Shown here: positions 25,889-39,948 of the stretch, in pieces
Position numbering within the stretch: the first letter of the stretch is position 1
Layout: the number at the start of each line of letters is the position of its first letter
Assembly (NCBI GenBank): GCA_964035545.1
Contig: OZ037772.1
Location: 10,724,818-10,788,817, forward strand
Length of the DNA stretch: 64,000 nucleotides
Direction of reading: 5' to 3'
DNA from: Bugula neritina
Lineage: Eukaryota; Animalia; Bryozoa
Translations under genes and position numbers: made by a program
The notes under the pieces: generated by a model
What the model was told of the DNA's origin: nothing
Seen by the model: the letters and a program-made list of their open reading frames with translations, nothing else
Database searches by the model: none

Positions 25889-27829
25889 ATGTCTGTGTAC
25901 CACCATGAATGTAAGTATATCATTCTGTAAAACTTGCAAACTGCATGTCAATATTTGCAACCGACAGTGTAAAGCATGTAGAGACAACTTCTCAGTAAGT
26001 TTACTTATTTATGTAAATTTCTTTGTTATCATGTTTCAGTTATTGACCAACAGGAGATTCTTCAAGCATCTAATCACTACAAACAAGAAACATATTACTA
26101 TGCTGACTGGGAGACTTTTTATGATAGTTTAGACTCTGTAGAACAGTATAAACATTCAGTAAACTCAGACACTTCTACTAATTCTACTCTCACTGTAGAC
26201 ACTCAACCTTTTCTTAAAATGCCATTTGCTGTATCTGACACTCACCTACCAAATGGTACTGACAGGGAAAATTCTGATTGCTGGAAGAATGTAACTGCAA
26301 ACCAAAATTCTTCCACTGTAACTTTAGTTCCTTCAACTTCCACAATCAATGCAAGTAATCAAAGCTCTGTCAGCACAGAAGCTACAGTGTATGACAACTA
26401 TCTACATCGAGATGAACCTGATGTTCCTCTGTCTGAAGTTATCTCTGAGGCTTTTACAGTTTTAGGACTGAATATTACATCAGATGTCAACTTAACTGGT
26501 GAGTTTTTATGAATAGTTGTAAATTCATTTTAATGACATTCAAAATAAATTTTCTAAAAAAGATTGTTCATATGAAATTAAAATAGAATTACCATAATTT
26601 TGATTAGGTAATTGACATTTAATTATAATTTTGGAAATATGTCTACATAGCTGTACTATACTTAAGGAGTTTTGCATTAGCCAACAGAATTGTAAAATTA
26701 TCATTTACTATCATCTATCGAAAGCCTATAATGTAATGCAACATAATATCACTTGTACCAAAGTTTGATCAGTCAGAAGTGATGTTAAAATGTTACAGAT
26801 ACTGTTTTATGTTTTTGTTTTACAGATCACACTCAAGCGGATTTAAAGATAAGAAACTTTTGTGTCAGTCTAGTTGATACAATTTTCAAAATAGCAGATG
26901 ACTCTAAGGTGTTTAGCAGGTTATACAAAGATACAGAGTGTAATGCTTGTGATACACTGGGTACCCCGAGAGCACCTTGTAGAGATAAACAGGATCAAAA
27001 AGATGCTCTGGTGAAAGATGTGAGAGGAAAATCTGATGCTAAACATAAGAAATTGCAGGCAAAGATAAAATACTTTCAATGTCTTTTATGTACTTACAAG
27101 ACTCAACATAAAAGTAATCTTACCCGGCATGTGAGAGTACACACAAAAGAAAAACCATTTGTCTGTGAAGTCTGTGGTCACGCTTTTACTCAGCGAAGTA
27201 ATCTCAAAGCACACATGAGAAGACATACAGGAGAAAAACCTTTTCAGTGTGATCACTGTGACTACAAGTCAGCAGAGCAAAGTAACTTCATAAAGCACAT
27301 GAGAACGCACACTGGAGAAAGACCTTTTCAGTGTGATCAATGTGACTATAAGGCTGTACAGCAAGCTAGTCTTACAGCACACATGAGAAGACACACTGGA
27401 GAGAAACCTTTTCAGTGTGATCAATGTGACTATAAAACCAGAGTTGAGAGTGCTATTATTGTGCACAAAAGAAGACACACTGGATGTAAACCATTTGAGT
27501 GTAATGTTTGTAAAAAGTCTTTCAGTCATAAACTCTCTCTACTTTCACACATACGCACTCATACAGGTGAGAAACCATTTGAGTGCAATGTATGTGACTA
27601 TAAAACTGGAAGAAAAAGTAATCTTATTCAGCACATGAAAAAACACACCAGAGAAAAACCTTTTTATTGCACACATTGTGAATACAAATCAGCACATAAA
27701 AATGATATCACTAGTCACATGAGAATACACAGTGGAGAGAAACCATTCCACTGTAAACTATGTGACTACAAGGCTGCTCGGAAAGAGCATCTTGTTCAAC
27801 ATGTAAAAAAACACAACAAAGAAACTTGA
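25889..27829 (+). CDS. U8: C2H2 zinc-finger protein, 9 fingers
   Basis: Exons 25889-25910, 26040-26498 and 26826-27829. Intron 2 is shortened to 327 nt by a deletion. Confidence 0.86.
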
Positions 27830-29397
27830 CTTCCTGCATGGGGATGTATGCATGAAAACGTGCATTTACAGAAGCATGTTATTTTACAGTAAGTAGATTT
27901 TACATGTATGATGGTAGAAAAACTTCTTAACTGCTATCTTTGAGTTTGACACATATTATAGTATTTCACGCTGTACAGAAAGAAATATGTATCTGTATAA
28001 CAATTACATCTTAGAAGCTCCCTATAGATAGTGCTCTTTGCTTTCTGTCAGAAGTTTGTATTTTTAACAATAGCTGTAAAACTGCTTAATAGAAGTTGCT
28101 ACAACCAAACTTTATTCCAGACAATATTATAGTAATCTACAAAACTAAGTTGAGATAATCTTTCTAAACTAACCTATCCATGAATTTGTATAAATCTATT
28201 TACAACTGCATGTTGGCTCTCTGCTTTTAGCCATTGAAAAGTTCTTCAGTTTCATGACAGACCATGTGTACAGGTGACTGATTAGAATTCTGTTTTTTTT
28301 GCCAAAATTGGGTGATTAGTTTGAGAACCTAATTTTATATGATGTTAGTTTTTATTTAAATTGGAAAGATATAGCTTTAGTTGATTAAATTATAACTGCA
28401 TCATTTCTGCTATAAAATTCACCTGGTGGGAGCAGTTTTTTTAAGTAAATTATAGTGCTCATTCAATCAGAAAATGTTATATCAGTTTTATTGCTTGTAA
28501 TTTAAATACTTTTGTTATAAAACTGAATAAATATTATTTTAAATAACTACATAAACAGCATGGCCTATTCTATATCAGCATGTTTCAATAAGAGCCCCAT
28601 GTATACAATCAATATATGAAAGTAGGTTATTCAATTTTCGGATTCCTACGTTTTTTTTCAAAAGTATTTCCATAATTATAACAAGATACAATATTACTCT
28701 TAGCACGGAATTTAAACCATAAAACAAGTATATATGCAGAGGAACAGCAGATTTAGATTTATCTTTTTTTTGATTGTAGTTTTCAGTTATCAAGCAGTAA
28801 TTTTTTTACTCAGCACAAGTAATTCGATAATTTTACTTAGAAAACTGCTAAATCAGTAAATAGTGATTGCAAAGAATACTTATTTTATATAAACATATCC
28901 TTATAAAAGTCAAAATGGTACTTTACTTTGACGTTTTACTTCATCGATACATTAGGCATAAAAACAAAAGACTTTTTGTTGCAAAGTCAAGAAATGAGAC
29001 AAATTGGCAATACTGAACATCCTTTATAACAGTAGAAAACTTTTTGTTTAAAATTGTTTGTTTTAAATCATGTGATAATGTCCTCATCACATTTTATATT
29101 TACTGAATATTGCTTTCTTTTGCGAATGATGTTTGTATATATTTAACAAAATGTTCTACTGCAGTCGATAGAAAACACTCCTGCATGGCTTTATTTCAGT
29201 TAAAAATTACCATTGTTCATTCAGCTTTAAACTGCAAAGCAGCTTATTATATATATAGCGGAAGGTTTTAGTGAACAGCTAACCTATGATATTGTCAATG
29301 AAGTATTTAGAGCCTATTTTATATTGTAAACTATTTATTCTAATGCTTTAGTCAATACTTAATTTTAAATTTGAATTTAACCTATAGGTGATCCAAC

Positions 29398-31345
29398 ATG
29401 TCTGTATGTCCACTATGTAAGTATAACATTCTGTAAAATTTGCAAACCATATGGTAATATTTGAAACAGACAGTTAGAAACATGTAGAGAGAACTTCTTA
29501 GTAAGTTTACTTATGTATTTTATAAGTATCTTCTTTACCATGTTACAGTTGCTGACCACCAGGAGATTCTTCAAAGATCTAATCACTACCAACAAGAAAC
29601 ATCTGATCACTATGCTGACTGGGAGACTTTTTATGATAGTTTAGACTCTGCAGAACAGTATAAACATCCAGTAAACTTAGACACTTCTACTTCTACTCTC
29701 ACTGCAAACACTCAACCTTTTATTAACATGCCACCTGCTGTATTTGACACTTACCTACCAAATAGTACAGTCAGGAAACATTTGGATTACTGGGAGAATG
29801 TAATTGCGAATCAGAATTCCTCTACTGTAACCTTAGTTCCTTCAACTTCCACAATCAATGCAAGCAATCAAAGCTCTGTCAGCACAGAAGCTACAGTATA
29901 TAACAACTATCTACATCAAGATGAACCTGATGTTCCTTTGTCTGAAGTTATCTCTGAAGCTTTTACAGTCTTAGGACTGAATAGTACATCAGATGTCAAC
30001 TCAACTGGTGAGTTTTTTATGAATAGTTGTAAATTCATTTTAGTGACATTCAAAGTAAATCTTCTAAAAAGAATTGTTTATGAGAATATAAAATTACCAT
30101 AAGTTTGATTAGGTAATTGACATGTAGTTATAAAGTAATTGTAAAAATCAATTACATTAGATATGCAATTAATTACAATTACAACTACAATCACATTTGT
30201 ATACATCAGTTACAAATTACAATCAATTACTTGAAAAAAATGTAAACAATTACAACCAATTGCGATTACAAATTACAATTACCCCAACCCTGATATGTAC
30301 TCTCTATAAATATTATCACTTATACTAGCATACATAATTTCAACAGTATTGTTTGCATAGAAACTCATGCAGTTTTGCATTTATAAGTAATACTTTTTTG
30401 TGAAAATCATAACGCCTATATGAAATGTACTTTTAGAACCACTTCTATGTACATACATAACTAACTTAAATAAAATGTTTTTCTATTTTGAAAATACGTC
30501 TACATAGCTGTACTAAACAAAGAGTCTTGCATTATCAGTTTTGCAAAATTATTTTCTATACTAGTTTATCAAAAGCCTATAATATAATGCGTCATACTAT
30601 AGTTTGTACTGATAAATTTGATGAGCCAGAAGTGATGTTGAAATGTTACAGATACTATTTTACGTTTTGTTTTACAGATCAAATGCAAACGGATTTAAAG
30701 ATAAGAAACTTTTGTGTCAGTCTAGTTGATACAATTTTCGAAATGGCAGATGACTATAAGGTGTTTAGCAGGTTATACAAAGATACAGAGCATAGTGCTT
30801 GTGATACACTGGGTACTGATAGAGCACCTTGTAGAGATGAACAGGATCAAAAAAATGCTCTGGTGAAAGAAGTGAGAGCAAAATCTGATGCTAAACATAA
30901 GAAATTGCAGGCAAAGATAAAAGACTTTCAATGTCTTTTATGTACTTACAAGACTCAACATAAAAGTAATCTTACCCAGCATGTTAGAATACACACAAAA
31001 GAAAAGCCATTTGTTTGCAAAGTCTGTGGTCACGCTTTTACTCAGCAAAGTAATCTCACAGTGCACATGAGAAGACATACAGGAGAGAAACCATTTCAGT
31101 GCAATCAGTGTGACTATAAGACCAGATTTAAGAATAGTCTTATTCAGCACAAATGGAGACACATTGAGAGTAAACCATTTTTCTGCTATGTTTGTAAAAA
31201 GACGTTTACTCAACAATGTAACCTGACCATTCACATGAGAATACACACTGGGGAGAAACCATTTCCCTGTACACTATGTGACTACAAGGCTGCTCGGAGA
31301 GAGCATCTTGTTCGCCATGTAAAAAAACACAACAAAGAAACTTGA
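29398..31345 (+). CDS. U9: C2H2 zinc-finger protein, 5 fingers
   Basis: Exons 29398-29416, 29549-30007 and 30678-31345. Confidence 0.85.
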
Positions 31346-31363
31346 TTTGCTGCATGGGGATCT

Positions 31364-32011
31364 ATGCATGAAAACGTGAATTTAGAGCGCGGAACTACCA
31401 ATGTATTTGCACACATATTTGATCGGAAACAAGATGTAGTGAGTCCAGCAAAAACAAACTGCAACGAGAAGGAATTTGTACATAATACTTCTGAAGATAG
31501 ATCTACAAAACCGAATAGATTCACTAAACACAGAAAATGGCAGACCAAGATGAAAAATTTCCGATGTCTTTTCTGTAGTCACAAAGCGGAAGGTGAAAGT
31601 AATCTAACCAGGCGTATGAGAGTACACACACAAGAAAAACCATTTGTCTTCAAAATCTGTGGTCATGCTTTTACTCAGCAAAGCCATTTCACAGTGCACA
31701 TGAGGAGACGTACTGGAGAGAAACCTTTTCAGTGCATGTGATCAGTGTGATTATAAGTTTGTGCGGCAATGGGAACTCACTGTACACATGAGAGTACACT
31801 CTAAAGAGAAACCTTCTCAGTGCAACCAATGTGACTATAAGACCAAATTTAAGAGTAATATTGATATGCACAAAAGGAAACACACTGGAAATAAACTATT
31901 TTTCTGCTCTGTTTGCAAAAAGATTGTTACTCAACAAAGTCACCTGACTACTCACATGATAATACACACTGGAGAGAAAACATTTAGATGCAGTGTATGT
32001 GACTACCTTGA
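31364..32011 (+). pseudogene. Longest ghost ZF module (about 6 finger remnants) after U9
   Basis: ORFs 31364..31741 and 31761..32069 are the two frameshifted halves. Confidence 0.8.
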
Positions 32012-33855
32012 TTTGCTTGTGAAGTTGGAAAATTTAAGTATTTACAAAGACATGTTATATATGCAGTGAATTTCTCATTCCAAACACCAGGAGAACTTCC
32101 ACACTGCTATATCTCTAAGTTAGACGCATCTTATTTGAGACGTTCTACAAGAAATAGCATCTGTCTGCAAAGGCTTTGTATAACTGCATCAGAACATACA
32201 GCTTGAACATATGTGTAAAACTGTTAAATAAATATAAATTATGAGAATCAGACTGGCCTATAAATAAAGTAGACACAATATAATCACCATCTGTGTATAA
32301 TATCCATGGTTAGACAAGAAACACATTGCTTGTACCCTAACTTATTCATCATCATAGATACATCTTATTGCGTGCAACGCCAGGTTTTAACCTTCAACTT
32401 TGAAGTCTGTATGGTGTCTTAGCAAAATATGTATGCATCTGCAATATTTATTGGTTTAAATCTTTCTCTTTTTAATAGTTAAAAGCGTTTTTTACCTAAA
32501 TTTATAGTGAGTCATAAACTTGAATCAGTATTGTTTTAGTTGATTACATTTCCTAGTTATTATAGATATATTATTTTGATAGCATCAATTATGATATTTT
32601 CTCTAATTAAAACATCTTCATGCCGGAGTAACATCTACAGTATGTTGTAACAGATTTAACTCATATATTAGTTTCTTAATTCTAATTAAAATATCTTTGT
32701 ACATTAAAGTTAATTTCACCAAGTAATACATATGTCTTATATATATTCATGTATAGTATTTCAATGAAAACCCCATATAATATGCACACAATATTTATAT
32801 TAGTACATCATATGTTGGATCTTCTTGTTTTATAACAAGTGACAGCATAATATTAATAGTTCAAACAATGAATTTACACCATATGACTCTAGTATCCAGA
32901 CGATACATGAGTGATCATTTCTTTATAGTTGGGTTTCTATAATTATAACAATATACACTATTGCTTTCAACTCTAAAAATATATAACATAATATGCTGAT
33001 TATATAGGCAGAAGCTTTACTGATCTAAAATTATATTTTTATCTATACACTTTTTATTCATTGAGCATTGATTGATATACAAAATTTTAGTTAAATACAT
33101 AAACTGCATGGCATATTATATACCAGCATGTATCAATGGTAGCTCCAAATATACAAACATTATATGAAAGTGGGTTTTTCTCGATATTTAAATCTTTTTA
33201 AAATTATTTTCATAAGTACAGCAAAATACAATTATATATTACTCTTAGCCCTGAAGTTAAACCACAGCACAAGTATATATGCAGAGAAACAACTGACTTA
33301 GAGTTGTCTTACTTTTAATTGTAGTTTTCAGTTATCGAGCAGTGATTCATTTATAAACTCAGCACAAGGCAGTAATGGAAATTCAACAAATAACAATCAG
33401 GAATACTGATGTTTTTTTTATAAAATCAGACTATCAGCCGCTTAATAATCTGTTGACGTAAGCCATTTAATATTAATGGCACAATCATAATTTTTTTATT
33501 GAATATTGCTTTCTATTGCTAATTTGTTTTTGTATTTGCTTATAATATTTTAATAAACCAACTTTGAAATACTTATAATAAAATGTTCTACTGCAGTGAA
33601 CAGAGAAAAATCTTGGCTTGATTTTAGTCAGAGATTATTATTGTTCAATCAGCTTTAAACTGCAAAGCAGCTAACTAGCTGTAGTAAAATGCTTTAGTGA
33701 ACATCTAACCTATGATATTGTCAATGAAGTATTTATAGCATATTTTATCTTGTAGAATATCTACCTTAATGTCATAGTCAATATTTATTTATTTTAATTA
33801 TATTTACATTGTTAATCATCGTTTTTTTTCAGCAGTATCTAAATCATCCATCAAC

Positions 33856-35713
33856 ATGTCTGTGTACCACCATGAATGTAAGTATATCATTCTGTAAAAC
33901 TTGCAAACTATATATGTCAATATTTGTAACAGACAGTGTAAAGCATGTAAAGACAACTTCTTAGTAAGTTTATTTATGTATGTTATAAATATCTTTTTTA
34001 CCATGTTACAGTTGCTGACCACCAGAAGATTATTGAAACATCTAATCACTACCAACAGGAAACATATCAATATGCTGACTGGGAGACTTTTTATGATAGT
34101 TTAGACTCTGCAGAACAGTATAAACATCCAGTAAACTCAGACACTTCTACTTCTACTCTCACTGTAGACACTCAACCTGTTCTTAAGATGCCACTTGCTG
34201 TATCTGACACTTACCTACCAAATAGTACCACAAGGGAGCTTTCGGATTGCTGGGAGAACATTAGTCTAAATCAAAATTCTTTTCCTGTAAACTCAGTCGA
34301 TCTATTCCAAACAATTATAGATGCAAAATATCAAAGCTCCGTTGAAACAGAAGATTTAGTATGTGACAACTGTGTAACAGAAGAACCTGATGTTCCTCTG
34401 TCTGAAGTTATCTCTGAGGCTTTTACAGTCTTAGGACTGAATACTACATCAGATTTTAATTTAACTGGTGAGTCTTTCTGAATAGTTGTAAACTTATTTT
34501 AATGACATTCAAAATAAATCTTCTAAAAATAATTGTTCATGGGAAGCTAGAATTACCATAAGTTTGATTAAGTAATTGACATGTAATTATGAAGTTATTG
34601 TAAAAATCATTTTCAATAGATATGTAATTAATTACAATTACAACTACAATTACATTTGTATACATCAGTTACAAATTACATTCAATTACTTGAAAATATT
34701 GTAAATAATTACAACCAATTACAATAACAAATTACAATTACTCCAACCCTTATATGTACTTACTATAAATATTATCACATGTACTAGCATACATAACTTC
34801 AACAGTATTGTTCGCAAAGAAACCCATGCAGTTTTGCATTTATAAGTAATACTTTTTTTAAAAAAATTAAATGAAATGTACTTTTATAACCATTTGCATA
34901 TACTTGCATAACTAACTTAAATGTAATGTTTTCTTATTATGAGAATATGTCTACATAGCTGTACTGTACAAGGAGTCTTGCAATAGCCAACAGAATTGCA
35001 GTATGTTGAAATGTTACAGATACTTTTCTACATTTTGTTTTACAGATCAAATGCAAACTGATTTCAAGATAAGAAACTTTTGTGTCAGTCTAGTTGATAC
35101 AATTTTCAAAATGGCAGATGACTATAAGGTGTTTAGCGGGTTATATAAAGATACAGAGCATAGTGCTTGTGATACACTGAGTACTGATAGAGCACCTTGT
35201 AGAGGTGAACAGGATCAAAAAGATCCTCTGGTGAAAGATGTGAGAGCAAAATATGATGCTGAACATAAAAAATTGCAGGCAAAGATAAAATACTTTCAAT
35301 GTCTTTTATGTACTTACAAGACTCAACATAAAAGTAATCTTACCCAGCATGGTAGAATACACACAAAAGAAAAACCATTTGTCTGTAAAGTCTGCCATCA
35401 CACTTTTACTCATAAATGTAATCTCAAAGCACACATGAGAAGACATACTGGAGAAAAACCTTTTCAGTGCAATCAGTGTGACTATAAGACCAGATTTAAG
35501 AATAGTCTTATTCAGCACAAATGGAGACACACTGGGAATAAACCATTTTTCTGCTATGTTTGCAAAAAGACTTTTACTCAACAATCTAACCTGACCATTC
35601 ACATGAGAATACACACTGGAGAGAAACCATTCCACTGTAAACTCTGTGACTACAAAGCTGCTCAGAGAATACATCTTGTTCGCCATGTAAAAAAGCACAA
35701 CAAAAAAACTTGA
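33856..35713 (+). CDS. U10: C2H2 zinc-finger protein, 5 fingers
   Basis: Exons 33856-33877, 34012-34467 and 35046-35713. Confidence 0.85.
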
Positions 35714-35731
35714 TTTGCTGAATGGGGATCT

Positions 35732-36041
35732 ATGCATGAAAACGTGAATTTACAGCGCGGAACTACCAATGTATGTGTACAAATATTTGATCAGAAACAA
35801 GATGTACTTAGTCCAGCAAAAACAAACTGCAACGAAAAAGAATTCGTACATAATACTTCTAAACATAGATCTACAAAACAAGTTAGAGTCACTAAATATA
35901 TAGGAAATGGCAGACCAACAGTGCACACATGAGGAAACACACTGAAGGAAAACAATTCTACTGTATAAACTGTGTGGCTACAAGGCTGCTCAGAGAGTAC
36001 ATCTTGTTTGTCGTGTAAAAAAGCACAAACAAAAAACCTGA
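35732..36041 (+). pseudogene. Ghost ZF module after U10 (internally deleted)
   Basis: Linker jumps directly to the end of the second ghost finger at ~35918. Confidence 0.75.
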
Positions 36042-36458
36042 CTTGCTGGTGAAGTTAGAAAATGTGTAATTATAAAGACGTGTTGTTACGCAGTGAATTT
36101 CTCATTCCGAACTCCAGTGCTTGAAAACTAACATACTGTTATTTCTTTGTTAGACACAACACATTTAAGATTCTACAAGAAACAGCACCTGTCTGCAGAA
36201 GCTTTGTAGAACTGCATCAGAACATACAGCTTGAACATATTAGTAAAACTGTTAAATAAACATAAAATATTATGAAAATCAGATTGGCCTAAATGCAGAT
36301 GTAGCCACAATATAATTATCTATGTCTAATATCCAGTTAGACAAGAAACATATTGCTTGTACCCTAACTTATTCATCATCATATATACATCTTATTGCAT
36401 TTAATGCCAGGTTTTAAGTTTTATCTTTAGAGTCTATATGGAGTCTAAGCAAAATAAT

Positions 36459-37998
36459 TATCTACATCGAGACGAACCTGATGTTCCTCTGTCTGAAGTT
36501 ATCTCTGAGGCTTTTACAGTCTTAGGACTGAATATTTCATCAGATTTCAACTCAAGTGGTGAGTCTTTTGAATAGTTGTAAATTCGTTTTAATGACATTC
36601 AAAAAAAGTTTTCTAAAGAACATTGTTTATGAGACAATAGAATTACCATAAGTTTGATTAGGTAATTGACATTTAATTACAAAGTAATTGTATAAATCAA
36701 CTATATTACATATACATTACATTACAATTACAACTATATACAATCACACTTTCATACATCAGTTACAAATTGAGTTCAATTACTTGAAAAATTGTAAATA
36801 ATTACAACCAATTAAAATCAAAAATTACATTACTCTAACCTTGATATGTACCCCCTATATATTATAAGTATAATTATACCATATACTAACATGCACAAAT
36901 TCAACAGTATTGGTAGCATATAGAAACTCATGCAAGTTTGCGTTTAAAAGTAATATATTTTTGTAAAAATCGTAATGCGTAACTAAAATGTACTTCTACA
37001 GCCACTTGTATATACTTGCATCACTAACTCAGATAAAATGTTTTCCTATTTCAAGAATATGTCTACATAACCGTGCTATACAAGGAGCCCTATATTAGCC
37101 AACAGAATTGCAGTAAAATTATCATCTTCTTATATAGTTTATTAAAATCCTATAACGTAATGCGACATACTATAGTTTGTGCCACTTTGATGAGCCAGAA
37201 GTGATGTTGAAATGTTGCAGATGCTGTTTTACATTTTGTTTTACAGATCAAATGCAACTGGATTTCAAGACAAGAAACTTTTGTGTCAGTCTAGTTGATA
37301 CAATTTTCAAAATGGCAGATAACTATAAGGTGTTTAGCGGGTTATACAAAGATACAGAGCGTAGTGCTTGTGATACACTGGGTACCGATAGAGCACCTTG
37401 TAGAGATGAACAGGATCAAAAAGATGCTCTAGTGAAAGAAGTGAGAGCAAAATCTGATGGTAAACATAAAAAATTGCAGGCAAAGATAAAATCCTTTCAA
37501 TGTTTTTTATGTACTTACAAGACTCAACGCAAAAGTAGTCTTACTCGGCATGTGAGAGTACACACAAAAGAAAAACCATTTGTCTGTAAAGTCTGCGATC
37601 ATGCTTTTACTCATAAATGTAATCTCAAAGCACACATGAGAATACATACTGGAGAAAAACCTTTTCAGTGCAATCAGTGTGACTATAAGACCAGATTTAA
37701 GAATAGTCTTACTCAGCACAAATGGAAACACACTGGGAATAAACCATGTTTCTGCTATGTTTGCAAAAAAACATTTACTCAACAATGTAACCTGACAACT
37801 CACATGAGAATACACACTGGAGAGAAACCATTTCTCTGTACACTATGTGACTACAAGGCAGCGCAGCAAAGTGATCTCACTATACATATGAGGAAACACA
37901 CTGGGGAGAAACCATTCCACTGTAAACTATGTGACTACAAAGCTGCTCGAAAAGGGCATCTTGTTCGCCATTTAAAAAAACACAACAAAGAAACTTGA
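36459..37998 (+). pseudogene. U11: 5'-truncated unit with an intact 6-finger terminal exon
   Basis: The U10 3' flank joins the last ~100 nt of exon 2 (36459-36558, donor intact). There is no upstream block or ATG exon. Exon 3 (37247-37998) is open and almost identical to U3 exon 3. Confidence 0.75.
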
Positions 37999-38016
37999 TT
38001 TGCTGCATGGAGATCT

Positions 38017-38467
38017 ATGCATGAAAACATGAATTTGCAGTGCGGAACTACCAATGCATTTGTAAACATATTTGATCAGAAACAAGATGTCGTGAGTCCA
38101 GCAAAAACGAACTGCAAGGAGCAGGAATTCGTACATAATACTTCTGCAGATAGATCTACAAAACAGGTTAGATTCACTAAACACAGAAAATGGCAGACCA
38201 AGATGAAAAATTTCCGATATCTTCTCTGTAGTAACAAAGCGGAAGGTAAAAGTAGTCTAAATAGGCGTATGAGAGTACACACAAAAGAGAAGCCATTTGT
38301 CTTCAAAATCTGTAGTCACGCTTTTACTCAGCAAGGTAATTTCACAGTGCACACATACGGAAACACACTGAAGGAAAACCATTTCACTGTATAAACTGTG
38401 TGGCTACAAGGCTGCTCAGAGAGTACATCTTGTTTGTTGTGTGAAAAATCCCAACCAAGAAACTTGA
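38017..38467 (+). pseudogene. Ghost ZF module after U11
   Basis: Translation identical to 7929..8306. Confidence 0.8.
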
Positions 38468-39948
38468 CTTGCTAGTGAAGTTAAAAAATGAGTCATTACA
38501 AAGACATGTTATACAGTGAATTTATCTTTCCGAACCCCAGTGCAGGAGAACTAACATACTGCTATCTCTTTGTTAGACACATCACATTTGAGACTCTACA
38601 AGAAACAGCATCTGTCTGCAGAGGCTTTGTAAACATACAACTTGAACATATTAGTAAAACTGTTAAATAAATATAAAATATTATGAGAATCAGATTGGCC
38701 TAAATGCAGTTATAGATACAATATAATCATCTATGTATAATATCCAGTTTATAGACAAGAAATATATTGCTTGTATCTTAACTTATTCATCCTCATATAC
38801 AACTCTTTTTGCATTCGATGCCAGGTTTTAGGTTTCAACTTTACAGTCTATAAGGTGCCTTAGCAAAATATGTATTTTATATATCTGTAATATTTAATGG
38901 TTCGAATGGTGCTCCTTTCACCAGTTACAAGCGTTTTTACCTATATATTTTATAGTCAGTCATATATTTGAATCATTATTGTTTTAGTTAATTACATTTC
39001 TTATTTATTATTGATAGATTGTTTTGATAGTTTCAATTCTGATATTGTCTCCAATTAAAACATCTTCATGCCAGAATAACATCTATGTTGCAACATTTTA
39101 AACTCAAATATCAATTTTTTAGTTCAATTATTTCAAAAAGTAATATACACGTCATATATATTCATGTATAATATTTTATTTCAATGAAAACCTTATAATA
39201 TGCACACAATATTTATATTAGTACATCATATGTCGGGTTTCTTGTTGTATAACAAGTGACAGCATGATATTAGTAATCCAAAAACTGAATTTATACCATA
39301 TGACACTAGTATCCAGACTATACATGAGTGATCACTGCTTTAGAGTTGGGTTTCCATAATTATAACTTTGTACATTATCACTTTTAATCCTAGAAATACA
39401 TAACACAGCCTGAGTATATAGGCAGAAGATTTACTGACCTAGAGTGATCTTTCCTATCTATAGCAACTTATAAATTACTGAGTCTTGTGGAATACATGTT
39501 TTATATAAAAAACATGGTGTGATTATGAAACTTAGGGAGCAGCCGTGGTCCAGTGCAGTTAGATGAAAATTAATATGCTACAAATTATATCCATCTTTTT
39601 ACTTTGTTTAAATATGAAGCATATGGAGACAAAATATCAATTTTTGCAAAGTCAACAATAAATACTCGCATGGAATACTAAGGACTTTCTATACGATAAG
39701 TGGAATATTTTGTGGATAAAAATTCTGTCCACTTGAATTATTTGATAATGCGATTATCACAATTTATTTTTATTCATGCATATTAATATAAACTTTTGCC
39801 AGTAATGATGAACATATTATAATGAAATGTTTCATCAGTCAATGGAAAAATTCAGGGCTTGATTTTATTTAAATATTACCATTGCCATTACCAATTGCAA
39901 AATTTTATTTCATCTGCTTCTCAACTGTATTAAGCTAGGTCATCCAAC

